A stretch of DNA of 64,000 bases from Candidatus Bathyarchaeota archaeon (GTDB taxonomy: Archaea; Thermoproteota; Bathyarchaeia; Bathyarchaeales; Bathycorpusculaceae), in the NCBI GenBank assembly GCA_963833575.1, contig CAWHXY010000004.1, positions 96,001-160,000 on the forward strand. Direction: 5' to 3'. Shown here one piece after another: positions 19,474 to 29,515 of this stretch. The notes beneath the pieces are model-generated. The model did not search any database, had not been told where the DNA came from, and was given only the letters and a program-made list of their open reading frames with translations. The translations under genes and the position numbers were made by a program. Position 1 is the first letter of the stretch. Each line of letters opens with the position of its first letter.

Positions 19474-20427
19474 TTAATTTATTATGACTGGTTGAATGCT
19501 GCTTTTCGAAGGTTTCCCTGTTTCATTTCCATAAAATATTGCATAGATGTTTCCTGTGTTTTTTCGCCAAGTTAAAGGTTTAGCTTTCCAGACAATACTG
19601 AAAGAACCGTCTTCCGCGGTTACTCCTTGGGCTAGGTATGCGTCACCTAATATTGATGTGTCCCGCTCGTGAATCCTGATTTTGGCTTCAGACACGCCTT
19701 TTCCGGAATCGCTCTCGGAAAGTTTTCCTTTCAGATTCACATTGTTGCCTTTGCTGATGTTTTCGGTGACGGTGTAAAGTTCTAACTTAGTTTCAGTTGG
19801 ATAATTAGTCTTCGGAACTTTTGTTTCAACTGTTGGAATTGGCGTCGGTTGAGGCATTTCTTCCGTCTTGACTTCAGGCAAAACAGTTTCTGTTTTAGTT
19901 GTTTCTGCAGTTAAGGGTGCCATTGGAGTTTCGATTTTTGGAGCAGCTACTTCTACCTCTTTTACTGTTTCAGAGCCTGACGTGGCTTCAGCTTCAGTTT
20001 TTGGTGAAGCTGTTTCTTCCATTTTGACAGGAACACCATTTTCCTGAACTGTTTCCTTTGGGACTGACAAATCCTCAATTTCCGCATCACAGCTACTTCT
20101 AACCACTTTGATACCGTTAAGGCATCCTTCCTTCGACTCGTATCCTTCCCCCTCAGCAATAATCTCGCCATTTGCAGCTTTCAGACGAAACCTAAACTTG
20201 CCTGCAGCATCCTTATAGATCTGGTATTTCGGATTAGGCACTTTGCGGTCCATTATGGTCAAGTCTTCGATTTCTGCACCGCAATTCTTCTGTATGCTTC
20301 TTATTCCATTGATGCAACTTGCATGTTGCTCATAGGCTTCGCCCACGGCGACTATTTGGTTGTTTCCAGCCCTCAGACGAAAACGAAATTTGCCCGCAAC
20401 ATCCTTATACACTTGAAATTTCGACAT
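19474..20427 (-). CDS. Tandem DUF1508 (x2), E/T/P/K-rich linker and C-terminal beta-sandwich domain
   Basis: Two KFRFRL(R/K)AxN repeats; low-complexity linker; VNLKGKL...GVTAEDGSFSIVW. Confidence 0.8.
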   Translation of the reverse strand: MSKFQVYKDVAGKFRFRLRAGNNQIVAVGEAYEQHASCINGIRSIQKNCGAEIEDLTIMDRKVPNPKYQIYKDAAGKFRFRLKAANGEIIAEGEGYESKEGCLNGIKVVRSSCDAEIEDLSVPKETVQENGVPVKMEETASPKTEAEATSGSETVKEVEVAAPKIETPMAPLTAETTKTETVLPEVKTEEMPQPTPIPTVETKVPKTNYPTETKLELYTVTENISKGNNVNLKGKLSESDSGKGVSEAKIRIHERDTSILGDAYLAQGVTAEDGSFSIVWKAKPLTWRKNTGNIYAIFYGNETGKPSKSSIQPVIIN

Positions 20428-20781
20428 AAAAAAACCCCAATTTTCTATTCAATGCTAGTTGTACAAAAGCTTTTTCCTTAACTGCTTATGCAGATGACCA
20501 ACTTTTACTCAACTACGTTGGTGCGTTTTCTTTTCGGGATACTTTTCCTATGTTTTATCTCATTTACGTAGTTATAATGTGCAATCGAAGGTCACTAGAG
20601 ATCATTAGTGAGGCGGAGATTGCCTTATTTACTGTGTTATTCATATAAAACGGTATTTGGAAAGTATTTGATAGACCATTGTTTTCTTTGGGCGGCATCA
20701 ATTTTATGGATTTACATAAAGAATCTTTTTTTCTGCAAAATATTATATATCCTAATTACCGCTAAATTGTTTTTGAAATAA

Positions 20782-21000
20782 ATGAATAGACTCGAAGCTA
20801 TGGCTATGCTCAAAGAATTGGTTGAGGCTGATTTAGTTGAACCAAGTTACATTCAAGTTATGTTAAGAAAACCCGAACACTATCAGGTTAAAATTAGGTG
20901 TGATTATAACAAGACAGAGATTGAAAAACATGCCAAAGAACACGGATTAACTATTATTGAAGATAAGAAACGAAAATACTTAGTTATCTATAAACCGTAA
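20782..21000 (+). CDS. Small hypothetical protein (72 aa)
   Basis: Supported by the adjacent collinear paralog. Confidence 0.75.
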   Translation: MNRLEAMAMLKELVEADLVEPSYIQVMLRKPEHYQVKIRCDYNKTEIEKHAKEHGLTIIEDKKRKYLVIYKP

Positions 21001-21122
21001 TTTGTTTGATGCTGATTTAGGTAAATGAATTGTGCTAACTTGATTAGTCATTGTGTTTTAACGTTTATTTGGAATAAACTTATTAATCTTGTACGTTCAG
21101 GTGGGTTTAGAGGGGGCATAAG

Positions 21123-21339
21123 ATGAAACGGTCTGAAGCGATAGCACTACTCAAAGAATTAGGCTCTGAACATTTGATTCAACCATCTCTAGTGCTTGTT
21201 GAACAGAGAAAACCCGACAGTTTAGTTATGTGTTAAAGGTGATTATGACCGTTACCAAATAGAGGCATTTCTGCAAAAGTACAAGTTTTCGGTTGATGAA
21301 GACGTAACAAAAGGTCTTCTCTGCATTTTTAAGCCATAA
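21123..21339 (+). pseudogene. Frameshifted paralog of 20782-21000
   Basis: MKRSEAIALLKEL...RKPDS / LCVKGDYDR...LCIFKP*; 217 nt vs 219 nt, 2-nt loss near 21223. Confidence 0.75.
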
Positions 21340-21489
21340 ACTAAGGCTATTTTATCACTTTAAAACAGGAATTGCAATTAGGGCATGTGTAAGATTCTAC
21401 ACGGAAAAAATGATTCTCTAATAATTTGTCTGGTATAGAAACTTCTTGACTGCAGTTTGGACATTTAGGCATAAAATTTTCTCGGTACG

Positions 21490-21670
21490 GTATAATACCT
21501 TACAATAGAAGAATTTCAGAAACTTGAAGATGTGTTGGCACAACGTGATACAACAACCATCAAAATCAATGGAGCAATAGTTTAATGTCTATTCCATTCA
21601 AGCAAGTATTCCAGAGTTTCCATCAACAATTCTAACGGTAACTTTTCTTATTACAGCAACTTTATCCTGA
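21490..21670 (+). pseudogene. Remnant C-terminus of a PEF-CTERM-type surface protein
   Basis: QASIPEFPSTILTVTFLITATLS* (IPEF at 21608); upstream frame broken. Confidence 0.45.
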
Positions 21671-21836
21671 ACCCATTAAAGAAATTGCTACGGGCTTCAG
21701 TAGAGGATGATTATCCTGACAATAGGAACAGTTTTGATTAAGAGAAGGTTTTGTTGGGCTTAACTTTGAAGTTTCACTTAAACGTCGAATTCTTTGGAGA
21801 TAAGCTAAAATTGTACTTAGGTAAAAACTCAGTGTT

Positions 21837-22394
21837 ATGAGTGATGAAAGGTTTGCTCAATTGCATGAAATCCTGAAGGATGCTTTGAGCCAAAAAATAC
21901 TTCTGAAACTTGGTGAATTTGACAGCTTAAGCTTTGATGATTTAAGAAACAATTTGAAGATTGAGGACACACAAGAACTGAGTAATCAACTAAATACTCT
22001 TGAAAAACTAACAATTGACGGAGAGCATGTAGTATCTAAACAAGCAGACTTGCAGTATAAACTTACAGAAAAGGGTCACTATGTTTTAGATGAAATGATT
22101 GCCTTCCCAGAACTTGAATCAGATAACTACACACAGAAGGTTGAGCAAAGTAACCTTTCCTTAGGCAAAGCAATTTACGTAACAGTTGGAGCAGCAATAC
22201 TTGGTTTTGTTTTCTGGGCCATAATGATGTCCGTTTCAAATACAAGTGGATTTAGATGGGAAATATCAAACACAACTTTTGATTTATTTTCCTTAACCAG
22301 CCTCATCATTTGCTGGTTAGTTGGCGGTTTCATTGGTTACATGATTGGCAAGAAAAAGAAGTACAAATTTCCAATGATGAGAGTACAACGATAA
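21837..22394 (+). CDS. Winged-helix protein with two C-terminal TM helices
   Basis: ILKDALSQKILLKL...YKLTEKG, then two hydrophobic helices and a basic tail. Confidence 0.75.
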   Translation: MSDERFAQLHEILKDALSQKILLKLGEFDSLSFDDLRNNLKIEDTQELSNQLNTLEKLTIDGEHVVSKQADLQYKLTEKGHYVLDEMIAFPELESDNYTQKVEQSNLSLGKAIYVTVGAAILGFVFWAIMMSVSNTSGFRWEISNTTFDLFSLTSLIICWLVGGFIGYMIGKKKKYKFPMMRVQR

Positions 22395-22501
22395 AAAATG
22401 AAGACATCGGATGAATAATCTGATGAAACTGTGTGGTGACTGCTTGTTTTTCCTTTTTACTATTAGATATTTTATTTGATGTACTTGTTAACCGGAGATA
22501 T

Positions 22502-22984
22502 CTATACACGTTCTCCAAACTTTTTCTTCATACATTCTTGGCAGTAATTGTTTTTGAACCTTCTTTTTCGTATAGGCTGAAAGGTCTTTCCGCAACGACT
22601 GCACGTTATTTGATTAACTTCTTTAGGTTCAAGCAGTTTGAGTCTTCTCTCGATCTCAACTCTGATTTCAGAATCATCCTCCTGCTCCCAAGCGGTTTTC
22701 AACAGAACCGTAGCTTGTTCCAAGCTTTTGTCTTTGAAAATTTTAAGGAAAACATTATCCGTTTTTCCAGCGCCTAATTGTGAAGGTAGCATACAAACAA
22801 AATTCTGAGGATAGCTCTTAGACTTACTAAAGTCAACAACAGCGAAGCGAAAGTTTTTTCGCTGATAATTATCATCATCCGAATAGTACTCAAAAACTTG
22901 CAGCCTGATGTCCAAGTTGATAAACCTTGGACGGAACAAAACATGAAACCAGTTATAGAACATTTTGGATTGTTTGGAATTCAT
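22502..22984 (-). CDS. Hypothetical protein with C-terminal Zn finger, next to integrase remnant
   Basis: CSRCGKTF...YCQEC. Confidence 0.7.
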   Translation of the reverse strand: MNSKQSKMFYNWFHVLFRPRFINLDIRLQVFEYYSDDDNYQRKNFRFAVVDFSKSKSYPQNFVCMLPSQLGAGKTDNVFLKIFKDKSLEQATVLLKTAWEQEDDSEIRVEIERRLKLLEPKEVNQITCSRCGKTFQPIRKRRFKNNYCQECMKKKFGERV

Positions 22985-23129
22985 TTCTGGTCATTGCCTA
23001 TAAGATGAGAGTCAAAGCTGGATGTTGCCTTTTCAACCTAGATTTCAATAAACGGATAGGTTTTTAGCAAATAGACTTTCCTAATGAAGTAATATTTTTA
23101 AGTGCAAAGTTGAGAATCGCTAACTGATG

Positions 23130-23591
23130 TTAAATGGCAGTTGCGTCAAGTAAGCGTTTGACTTCTGGGATTCTGAGTGCAAGTTTGAGGTTTTCTTTCT
23201 TTGAAAGAGCTTTTTGAATTTTGACTTTGACTGGGAAATTGTTTGCATTATAGAAGCTTTGGATGGAGTGGCTGTAGGTGCAAGCGAGGTTTACTGATAC
23301 TCCGCTTTTTCCGCTAAATTTTGAGTTTTGGAATCCGTTGCGTGTTGACCTGTACTCTGTTCTTAAATATTCAAAAAAGCCTATTATTTTTCTTTGAGAC
23401 GCTCCTTTTTCCCTGCCACTTTTCTTAGAGTCTGCTTCAGCTTCATCAATAAGTTCTACCGGGGTCATTTTGGTGTATTCTGTGAATGCTTTGAGTGCAG
23501 AAGTGTAGACAGTTTTAGTTCCTTTGCTCTTTCCTTTGAGCCAGTTCTGAACTTCTGTGTACCGCGTCAAATTGGTTATGTCTTTGGACAT
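23130..23591 (-). mobile_element. Truncated tyrosine integrase (N-terminal core-binding domain only)
   Basis: VQNWL...TKTVYTSALKAFTEYTKMTPVELI...IQSFY...EVKRLLDA*, ending before the catalytic R-H-R-Y region. Confidence 0.7.
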
Positions 23592-23795
23592 AGAATATGT
23601 ACAAAAGAGGACATATATAAGAATTATTGATACTTATCTTGTCAAATAATAATTTACCTATAACCTGCACAACAAAAAACCCGATAAACTACAAAAAATA
23701 GTTTTTTAACCATTCCCCAAGCAAGCTTTTTCCCCTTTTTGTCGAATGATTTAAAAAGTCATTTGAAAATTAAACATTTGGAGAAGGCTAATTAA

Positions 23796-24941
23796 TTGGG
23801 GATTGCGGCAGCTTTAGACATTAGCATCTTTATCCCGGTTTACAAAGAATCAAATCAAGTAGCCAACATGCTAAAGGAGCTAAATTCTGAAGACGTTTCA
23901 AAAGAAATCTTTGTAACAGTTGACGCGCCAACAAACGAATTCTTGCAAGAAATAAAAAGCCTTGAGAATAAAAACGTTAAATTTATAGTTAACAAAGAAC
24001 GCGTGGGCAAAGCAAATGCTGTAAACAGCACAGTAAAATTGTCCTCGGGCAAAGTGCTACTTTTCTTAGATTCGGATGTTCAAATAAGCAGTGACACAGA
24101 TTTTCTAAGAAAAATCATCATGGAAACCCAAACCGCTGACATTGTTGACATAAAAAAAAGAGTAATAAAAGGAAAATCACTTCTCTCCAAAATGGCTTAT
24201 TACGAATACTTCACCTACAATGTCAGCGCGTGGTTATCTTCAAAATACCTGCATAAATGTCCTGCTGTTAACGGAGCTGCATTTGCAATTAAACGGGAAA
24301 CGTTTGAGAAAGTCGGCGGCTTCCACAAAGTAATTGCAGAAGACATCGATCTTGCAACAAGAGCATTCTTGCAAGATAGCAGTTTTGCCTATTCAACCGA
24401 TATTGAAGTAAAAAACGTTGTTTATTCTGACTGGCAAAAATGGTTGACCCAACGAAGAAGATGGGCAATAGGACAAGCCTCATGGCTAGTCTGTTGGTAC
24501 CGCGATTTAGCTAAAAAATTTGTTAAGAAACCTCAAGTTTTCCTTCCAGGTCTATTCTTTCTTTACCCTTCCGTCGCCATGTTCCTCTTAAGCGCCGTTG
24601 TGCCTGGTCTTTGGATGTATAATTCCTTACTGGTTTTCTCGTTATTTCTTTCAGTAAAATTCAACATTATGTTACCGGTGTTTCTTGTTTCGCTTGGAAC
24701 TGCGAATCTGCTAAAGATTTTGGCAATTTCGCTATTCGGTTTTGCCTTAACTGCAGCTGTATTCTACGGATTCTCAAGAAAGTTGGGATTTCGCGAGATG
24801 AAAATTCACGAATTCTTCGTTTACTATTTTATCTACTCGTCGCTTTGGATGGCTATAATAATTATTGGTCACATACAAGTGATTGTTTTCCGCAAAAAAG
24901 TTGCTCCAGGCTGGACAACAGAACCGCTGAAAGCAATTTAG
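23796..24941 (+). CDS. GT2 membrane glycosyltransferase (D,D,D,QxxRW type)
   Basis: IPVYKE, GKANA, FLDSD, AEDID, QRRRW; C-terminal TMs. Confidence 0.9.
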   Translation: MGIAAALDISIFIPVYKESNQVANMLKELNSEDVSKEIFVTVDAPTNEFLQEIKSLENKNVKFIVNKERVGKANAVNSTVKLSSGKVLLFLDSDVQISSDTDFLRKIIMETQTADIVDIKKRVIKGKSLLSKMAYYEYFTYNVSAWLSSKYLHKCPAVNGAAFAIKRETFEKVGGFHKVIAEDIDLATRAFLQDSSFAYSTDIEVKNVVYSDWQKWLTQRRRWAIGQASWLVCWYRDLAKKFVKKPQVFLPGLFFLYPSVAMFLLSAVVPGLWMYNSLLVFSLFLSVKFNIMLPVFLVSLGTANLLKILAISLFGFALTAAVFYGFSRKLGFREMKIHEFFVYYFIYSSLWMAIIIIGHIQVIVFRKKVAPGWTTEPLKAI

Positions 24942-24947
24942 AACTGG

Positions 24948-25658
24948 TCAATCTTTTTTCATTGCTTTTGTTTTGAGTTCTTTAGGCATTAACTCAATAG
25001 CATATCGCAGTGCAGTTCGGGGAATAACCTTCTTGTTTCGTAAAATGTAATTGTAGACTTCTTTTTGGTGCTGTCGGCTTTCCTCTTTTAGTAGCCACCC
25101 ATAACCCTTCTGCACCATATCATCGCCATCTGTTAGTAGCATGTCACTTATTTCGAATGCGTCTTTTAGGAAACACCCCTTTTTCGCCGGAACTATTAGT
25201 GAAACTGCCGCAGCCCGTTTAAGCCAACGATTTCCAGATTTAGCCCAGCTTTTAACTTCGCTTACAATCTGTGGGTATTTCTGAATCAGGTCGCCGATGG
25301 TATGGTTGCATAAGCCATCGCATTTCGCCCAATTATTGATATATTTTTCAATCCATGATTTGAAAGTTGTCAAATCGCTTGGCTCAAGGTTGTCAATATA
25401 GTTTGGCAGCCAATATGCGACAACAAAAGCTTCTTCTGTATAGTCTGAACAGTAAAGTTCTTCGCAAAGAGCAAAAATTGTTTCTTTATCTAAGGTTTGA
25501 ACTTGTTTCCAGTATTTCTTTGCGATTTTGCTAACATTTTCAGTTTTGACGCCGTAGTATTTTACTTGTTCTTTGAAGAACCGCTGAAAACTTTTTTGGG
25601 CTTGCGAATCGGTGTTAGCTCTTAGTTCTGCTCTGATTTGGGCAAGAATAATGTTCAT
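24948..25658 (-). CDS. alkD: DNA alkylation repair protein (AlkD family)
   Basis: INNWAKCD, NRWLKRAA, DDMVQKGYGWLLKE, RTALRYAIE. Confidence 0.9.
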   Translation of the reverse strand: MNIILAQIRAELRANTDSQAQKSFQRFFKEQVKYYGVKTENVSKIAKKYWKQVQTLDKETIFALCEELYCSDYTEEAFVVAYWLPNYIDNLEPSDLTTFKSWIEKYINNWAKCDGLCNHTIGDLIQKYPQIVSEVKSWAKSGNRWLKRAAAVSLIVPAKKGCFLKDAFEISDMLLTDGDDMVQKGYGWLLKEESRQHQKEVYNYILRNKKVIPRTALRYAIELMPKELKTKAMKKD

Positions 25659-25739
25659 GGCAATTGTAGCGGTTTTCTGAGAATAATAGCTTTACTTAAA
25701 AATCAAATAAAAAGAACAAAAATAAGAAAAGAATTGAGC

Positions 25740-26027
25740 TCAGTAGTCTTCCATTTGGTAGAGGCCGAAGTCAATGTTTAATGGTTTTTCAGGATCACAT
25801 GAGTCTTCAAGATCGTAGAGGTTTGATGTGGCTTTGTCTAAGCGGCTTGTTCTCTTGCTTGGCACTTTAGATTTTACCATCCTGACTTTTGTTTTGCCTT
25901 TAGGTTTACGTACGATTTGTGAGCTGCCAAGTACCATTGAATGGTCGATGGTTTTTGGAACGATCTCAACTTTTAGATCGTCAATGCCAAATGGCTTTAG
26001 TGCGTCTTCATGTAAGTGTTTAGTCAA
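25740..26027 (-). CDS. 95-aa protein coupled to the cdrS-like gene; possible FtsZ C-terminal-tail remnant
   Basis: TTG start overlaps the RHH stop by 8 nt; no GTPase motif; ends DPEKPLNIDFGLYQMEDY. Confidence 0.6.
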   Translation of the reverse strand: MTKHLHEDALKPFGIDDLKVEIVPKTIDHSMVLGSSQIVRKPKGKTKVRMVKSKVPSKRTSRLDKATSNLYDLEDSCDPEKPLNIDFGLYQMEDY

Positions 26028-26175
26028 CGCCTTTTCGCCTCCAGACCTCAGCGCTGATTAAGTCTCTTACAGCTACTCGGATAGCTTCGGCACGGTTCGG
26101 ATAGAACCTTTCGCCGACAAGCTGATCCAAAGCTTTTATATACGTTTCAGGTAAATATAGAGTAATCATCTTCAA
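26020..26175 (-). CDS. cdrS: Ribbon-helix-helix regulator, CdrS-like (51 aa, not in ORF track)
   Basis: MKMITLYLPETYIKALDQLVGERFYPNRAEAIRVAVRDLI; GGAG RBS. Confidence 0.8.
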   Translation of the reverse strand: MKMITLYLPETYIKALDQLVGERFYPNRAEAIRVAVRDLISAEVWRRKGVD

Positions 26176-26225
26176 CAGTTATTTCTCCCATTAGTGATTG
26201 AATAACCAAACAAGAGCTTATCACA

Positions 26226-26272
26226 TATACATGTATATAATATGCTACAAATATGCTGCAAACATGTTCATG
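26226..26272. promoter_or_regulatory. Palindrome and 11-bp direct repeats upstream of cdrS
   Basis: TATACATGTATA; ATATGCTACAA/ATATGCTGCAA/ACATGTTCATG. Confidence 0.5.
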
Positions 26273-26388
26273 CCATAGCATATAAGCGTTTAATGGGCTA
26301 TGTTGCAGGTTTCTGTCAATTTTTGCTGAGCAACCTTTAAGTTTTTATCTCTTGTTGAAGCTTCTTACGATCCGGTGATACATGGAAA

Positions 26389-27684
26389 TTGCAGGTTTTC
26401 GTTAGAAGCTTTGGCTGTTCAGCGAACACAGCCGATAGCGAGGTCTTGGCAGGCTGCTTAGCACAGGCTGGTTATCAACTTGCAACTTCAGAAGCTGACG
26501 CTGACGTGCTAATATACAATACCTGCGCGGTTAAGGGACCGACGGAAAATCGCATCATCAACGCCCTTAAAAATGTGCCAAAAGATAAGAAGCTGATTGT
26601 CGCAGGCTGTTTGCCTATGATTAGTTTTGAGCGTGTCCAACGCGAAGTTCATTTTAACGCAGCAATTGGACCTTCAGCTGGCAAACAAATAGTTGACATA
26701 GTTTCCCGCGTTATAGCAGGCGAAAGAGTCACATCCCTATCAAACATAAACCCCAAACCCAAACTTGACCTTCCAAGAGTAAAAAATAATCCATTCATTA
26801 GCGTTATCCCGATCAATTTCGGCTGTCTCGGCTCCTGCGCATACTGTTGCGTCATCAATGCCCGCGGACATCTGAGAAGTTACAGCATCAAGGAAATAAC
26901 CGATCGCATTAAAAGTGATTATGCGGCAGGTGCCAAAGAATTTTGGCTGACTTCACAGGACACCGCCGCTTATGGAAGAGATTTAGGAACTGACCTTGCA
27001 GAGTTACTTGAAGCAATTAGGGGTTTGTCAGATAATTTTCGGGTAAGGGTTGGGATGATGACACCGAATTTAGTCACAGAAATGCAAAGTCGCCTCATTA
27101 CTGCTTTTGACAGCCCTAAAATCTTCAAGTTTCTACATTTGCCAGTTCAAAGCGGCGACGACATAGTACTCCAACACATGCGAAGATTCTATACTTCAAT
27201 GGAGTTCAAATGCACAGTAGACACATTTAGAGCAGAATTTCCCAATTTAACTTTGGCTACAGATGTTATTGTTGGTTTTCCAGGCGAAACCGAAGAAGCT
27301 TTTGAGAATACGCTGAAACTTTTGAAAGAAGTGAAACCTGATGTGATGAATGTGTCCAAGTTTTTTGCGAGACCCAAAACCGTAGCTGCAAGGATAAATG
27401 ATGGTCTAGTTGATCGGGAAGAAATTAAGCGTAGAAGCACAGTTGCGGCTGAGTTGGCGAGGAATCTTTCTTTGGAGAGGAATCAGCGTTGGGTCGGCTG
27501 GGTTGGAGAAGTATTGATTGATGAGAAGGGCAAAGTAGAGGGTTCTTGGGTGGGACGTAATTTTGCCTACAAACCAGTCGCTGTCAGAAGCGTGGATAAC
27601 TTGTTAGGCAAGGTGTTAAGGGTTGAGGTTATAGAAGCGTCGGCTACTTATCTAAAAGGAATATTACAAGCAAAATCGCAATGA
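26389..27684 (+). CDS. mtaB: tRNA t6A37 methylthiotransferase (radical SAM, e-MtaB/CDKAL1 type)
   Basis: FGCSAN, NTCAVK, GCLGSCAYC, TRAM-like C-terminus. Confidence 0.93.
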   Translation: MQVFVRSFGCSANTADSEVLAGCLAQAGYQLATSEADADVLIYNTCAVKGPTENRIINALKNVPKDKKLIVAGCLPMISFERVQREVHFNAAIGPSAGKQIVDIVSRVIAGERVTSLSNINPKPKLDLPRVKNNPFISVIPINFGCLGSCAYCCVINARGHLRSYSIKEITDRIKSDYAAGAKEFWLTSQDTAAYGRDLGTDLAELLEAIRGLSDNFRVRVGMMTPNLVTEMQSRLITAFDSPKIFKFLHLPVQSGDDIVLQHMRRFYTSMEFKCTVDTFRAEFPNLTLATDVIVGFPGETEEAFENTLKLLKEVKPDVMNVSKFFARPKTVAARINDGLVDREEIKRRSTVAAELARNLSLERNQRWVGWVGEVLIDEKGKVEGSWVGRNFAYKPVAVRSVDNLLGKVLRVEVIEASATYLKGILQAKSQ

Positions 27685-27757
27685 TTTTATTTTTTGAAAT
27701 TGTTTTTGTTTTTAGACAAGCTATATACGGTTAATTGAAAAGTAACTTTGTTGACTA

Positions 27758-28804
27758 ATGATGGGTGTACTGAGAAAGAAAAGTTTTGGCAAATGGCTGA
27801 AAATTGCCATTGTCTTGCTTTTGGCCACCTTAATTATCACCGCTTATTTTTGGATTACTACAGGAACAAGCAACTCAAACAATTACGATCAAAGGTTCAA
27901 AGATAACCCTAAGGCTGCAGTTAATATCCTTGCCAATGGTGACGTTGTTGGTCCGTCGGGTTATTCATCAGTGCCTATAGAGCGTAACGGGAACATTTAC
28001 ACTTTAACGGCAGATATGAATCGGGAACTCATCATATCAAGAAGCAATATAGTGTTTGAAGGAAAAAGTTTCACGACAGGCATGCAAAACATGGCTAGCA
28101 ACCACCAAACAATCGCTTTATCAAGCGTTAAAAACGTAACTATAAAAGATGTAAATATTGTCGGAACCTACTTCGACATTTCCTTGCAACATGCCCAAAA
28201 CAACACAATACAAAACGTCACTGGAGGAACAATTAACCTCTGGGATTCAACAAATAACATTATTACTCAAAGTACCGCTACAATCGAGTTCCAAGACTCT
28301 AACCATAACACAATAATAAAATGTAACACAGGCGCCTTCCAATTTTCCTCATCAAACTATAACTCAATTCTCAACAACAACTGCTCCGGTTCCGGGCGGG
28401 CTCTGTATCTAGCGGACTCATCAAACAACGTATTTTTCGGCAATACATTCACAAAGTTTTGGTGGTGGATAAGCATGTATGGTAATTCTTCCAATAATAC
28501 AATTGTTGGAAACGATATCCGAACCCGTCAACTATACCTTGCCGACAACTTAGTAGGAATTAACTACATCTATCACAACAACTTTATCGATTTCAAATGG
28601 AACAAAACCACCTCAACGAACTCAGCTAACATATGGAGCAGTAATGGAGAAGGAAACTACTGGAGCGACTTCAACGGGACAGACGCAAACCATGACGGAA
28701 TAAGCGATACACCCTACCTAATTGATGCCACAAACATTGACAGTTATCCTCTGATGAATCCAGTGGACATCGCCAATGGACTACCTCCAGCAATCAATAA
28801 ATAG
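27758..28804 (+). CDS. NosD/CASH beta-helix surface protein
   Basis: TM anchor, PIERNGNIYTLT, GNYWSDFNGTDANHDGISDTPY. Confidence 0.85.
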   Translation: MMGVLRKKSFGKWLKIAIVLLLATLIITAYFWITTGTSNSNNYDQRFKDNPKAAVNILANGDVVGPSGYSSVPIERNGNIYTLTADMNRELIISRSNIVFEGKSFTTGMQNMASNHQTIALSSVKNVTIKDVNIVGTYFDISLQHAQNNTIQNVTGGTINLWDSTNNIITQSTATIEFQDSNHNTIIKCNTGAFQFSSSNYNSILNNNCSGSGRALYLADSSNNVFFGNTFTKFWWWISMYGNSSNNTIVGNDIRTRQLYLADNLVGINYIYHNNFIDFKWNKTTSTNSANIWSSNGEGNYWSDFNGTDANHDGISDTPYLIDATNIDSYPLMNPVDIANGLPPAINK

Positions 28805-28969
28805 ATAAAGCCTAAAATCAAATCGCATTTAACATGAAACCGTACATTTTTAGCAATCGATAAACTGGTGGGTTAAAAACCCAAAAAGTTAACTTTGCCT
28901 AAAGTGGAGCACCTTTAAGAATTATTGGTTGTCCTCTTTCTGCGATATTGGTTGAGGTTTAATTAATAA

Positions 28970-29218
28970 TTAGGATTTATCAGTTGTAGCTAACTCAAAA
29001 ACTGAAGAGTTCTTTATGGCTTTTCTGGGACAGCCATCAGCACAAAGGTAACAGAAGATGCATTTGTCAAGGCTTAATTGAGGATATTTCTTTCCTTCAA
29101 CATCAACCATTTCTATAGCTTTTGATGGGCAATTTAGACTACATAAACCGCAACCGATGCAGAGTTCAATATCGAATATTGGTTGTCCTCGAAAGTTTTC
29201 CGGCAGTTTAATCTCCAT
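28970..29218 (-). CDS. 2x[4Fe-4S] ferredoxin-like protein (NuoI/EchF-like)
   Basis: FRG-x-P; CIGCGLCSLNCP; CIFCYLCADGCP; FELAT. Confidence 0.9.
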   Translation of the reverse strand: MEIKLPENFRGQPIFDIELCIGCGLCSLNCPSKAIEMVDVEGKKYPQLSLDKCIFCYLCADGCPRKAIKNSSVFELATTDKS

Positions 29219-29515
29219 GATGGGTCACCTATTTGTCGCTGAATCATAAGAGGTATGAGATATCACTCTTTTTAACATTAGATTTTATGATGACTTTTTT
29301 CGACGTTATTTAATTCAAAGGGATAGATAATTTGTCAAAAAAAAATTGTCAGATAAGTAAAATGTGTACTAAGTAGAGTGTCTATCGCGCGCGAATGCCG
29401 ATTTGAAGTCTACGTCAAATTTACAAATTATTTCAACCGTTCTAAAAAGTCGAGGAAAATTTATGGAGCTATGTTTGGGTTCTTTTTTTCTTTAATAAAA
29501 TTCTAAATTAATTGG

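Noticed and set aside
21712-21729. TATCCT-N6-AGGAAC as another operator copy
   Set aside because: Spacing differs from the 16-bp consensus and there is no second site
29320-29450. TGTCAAA and TCAACC words resembling the decamer element
   Set aside because: No sustained 10-bp period and no alignable core
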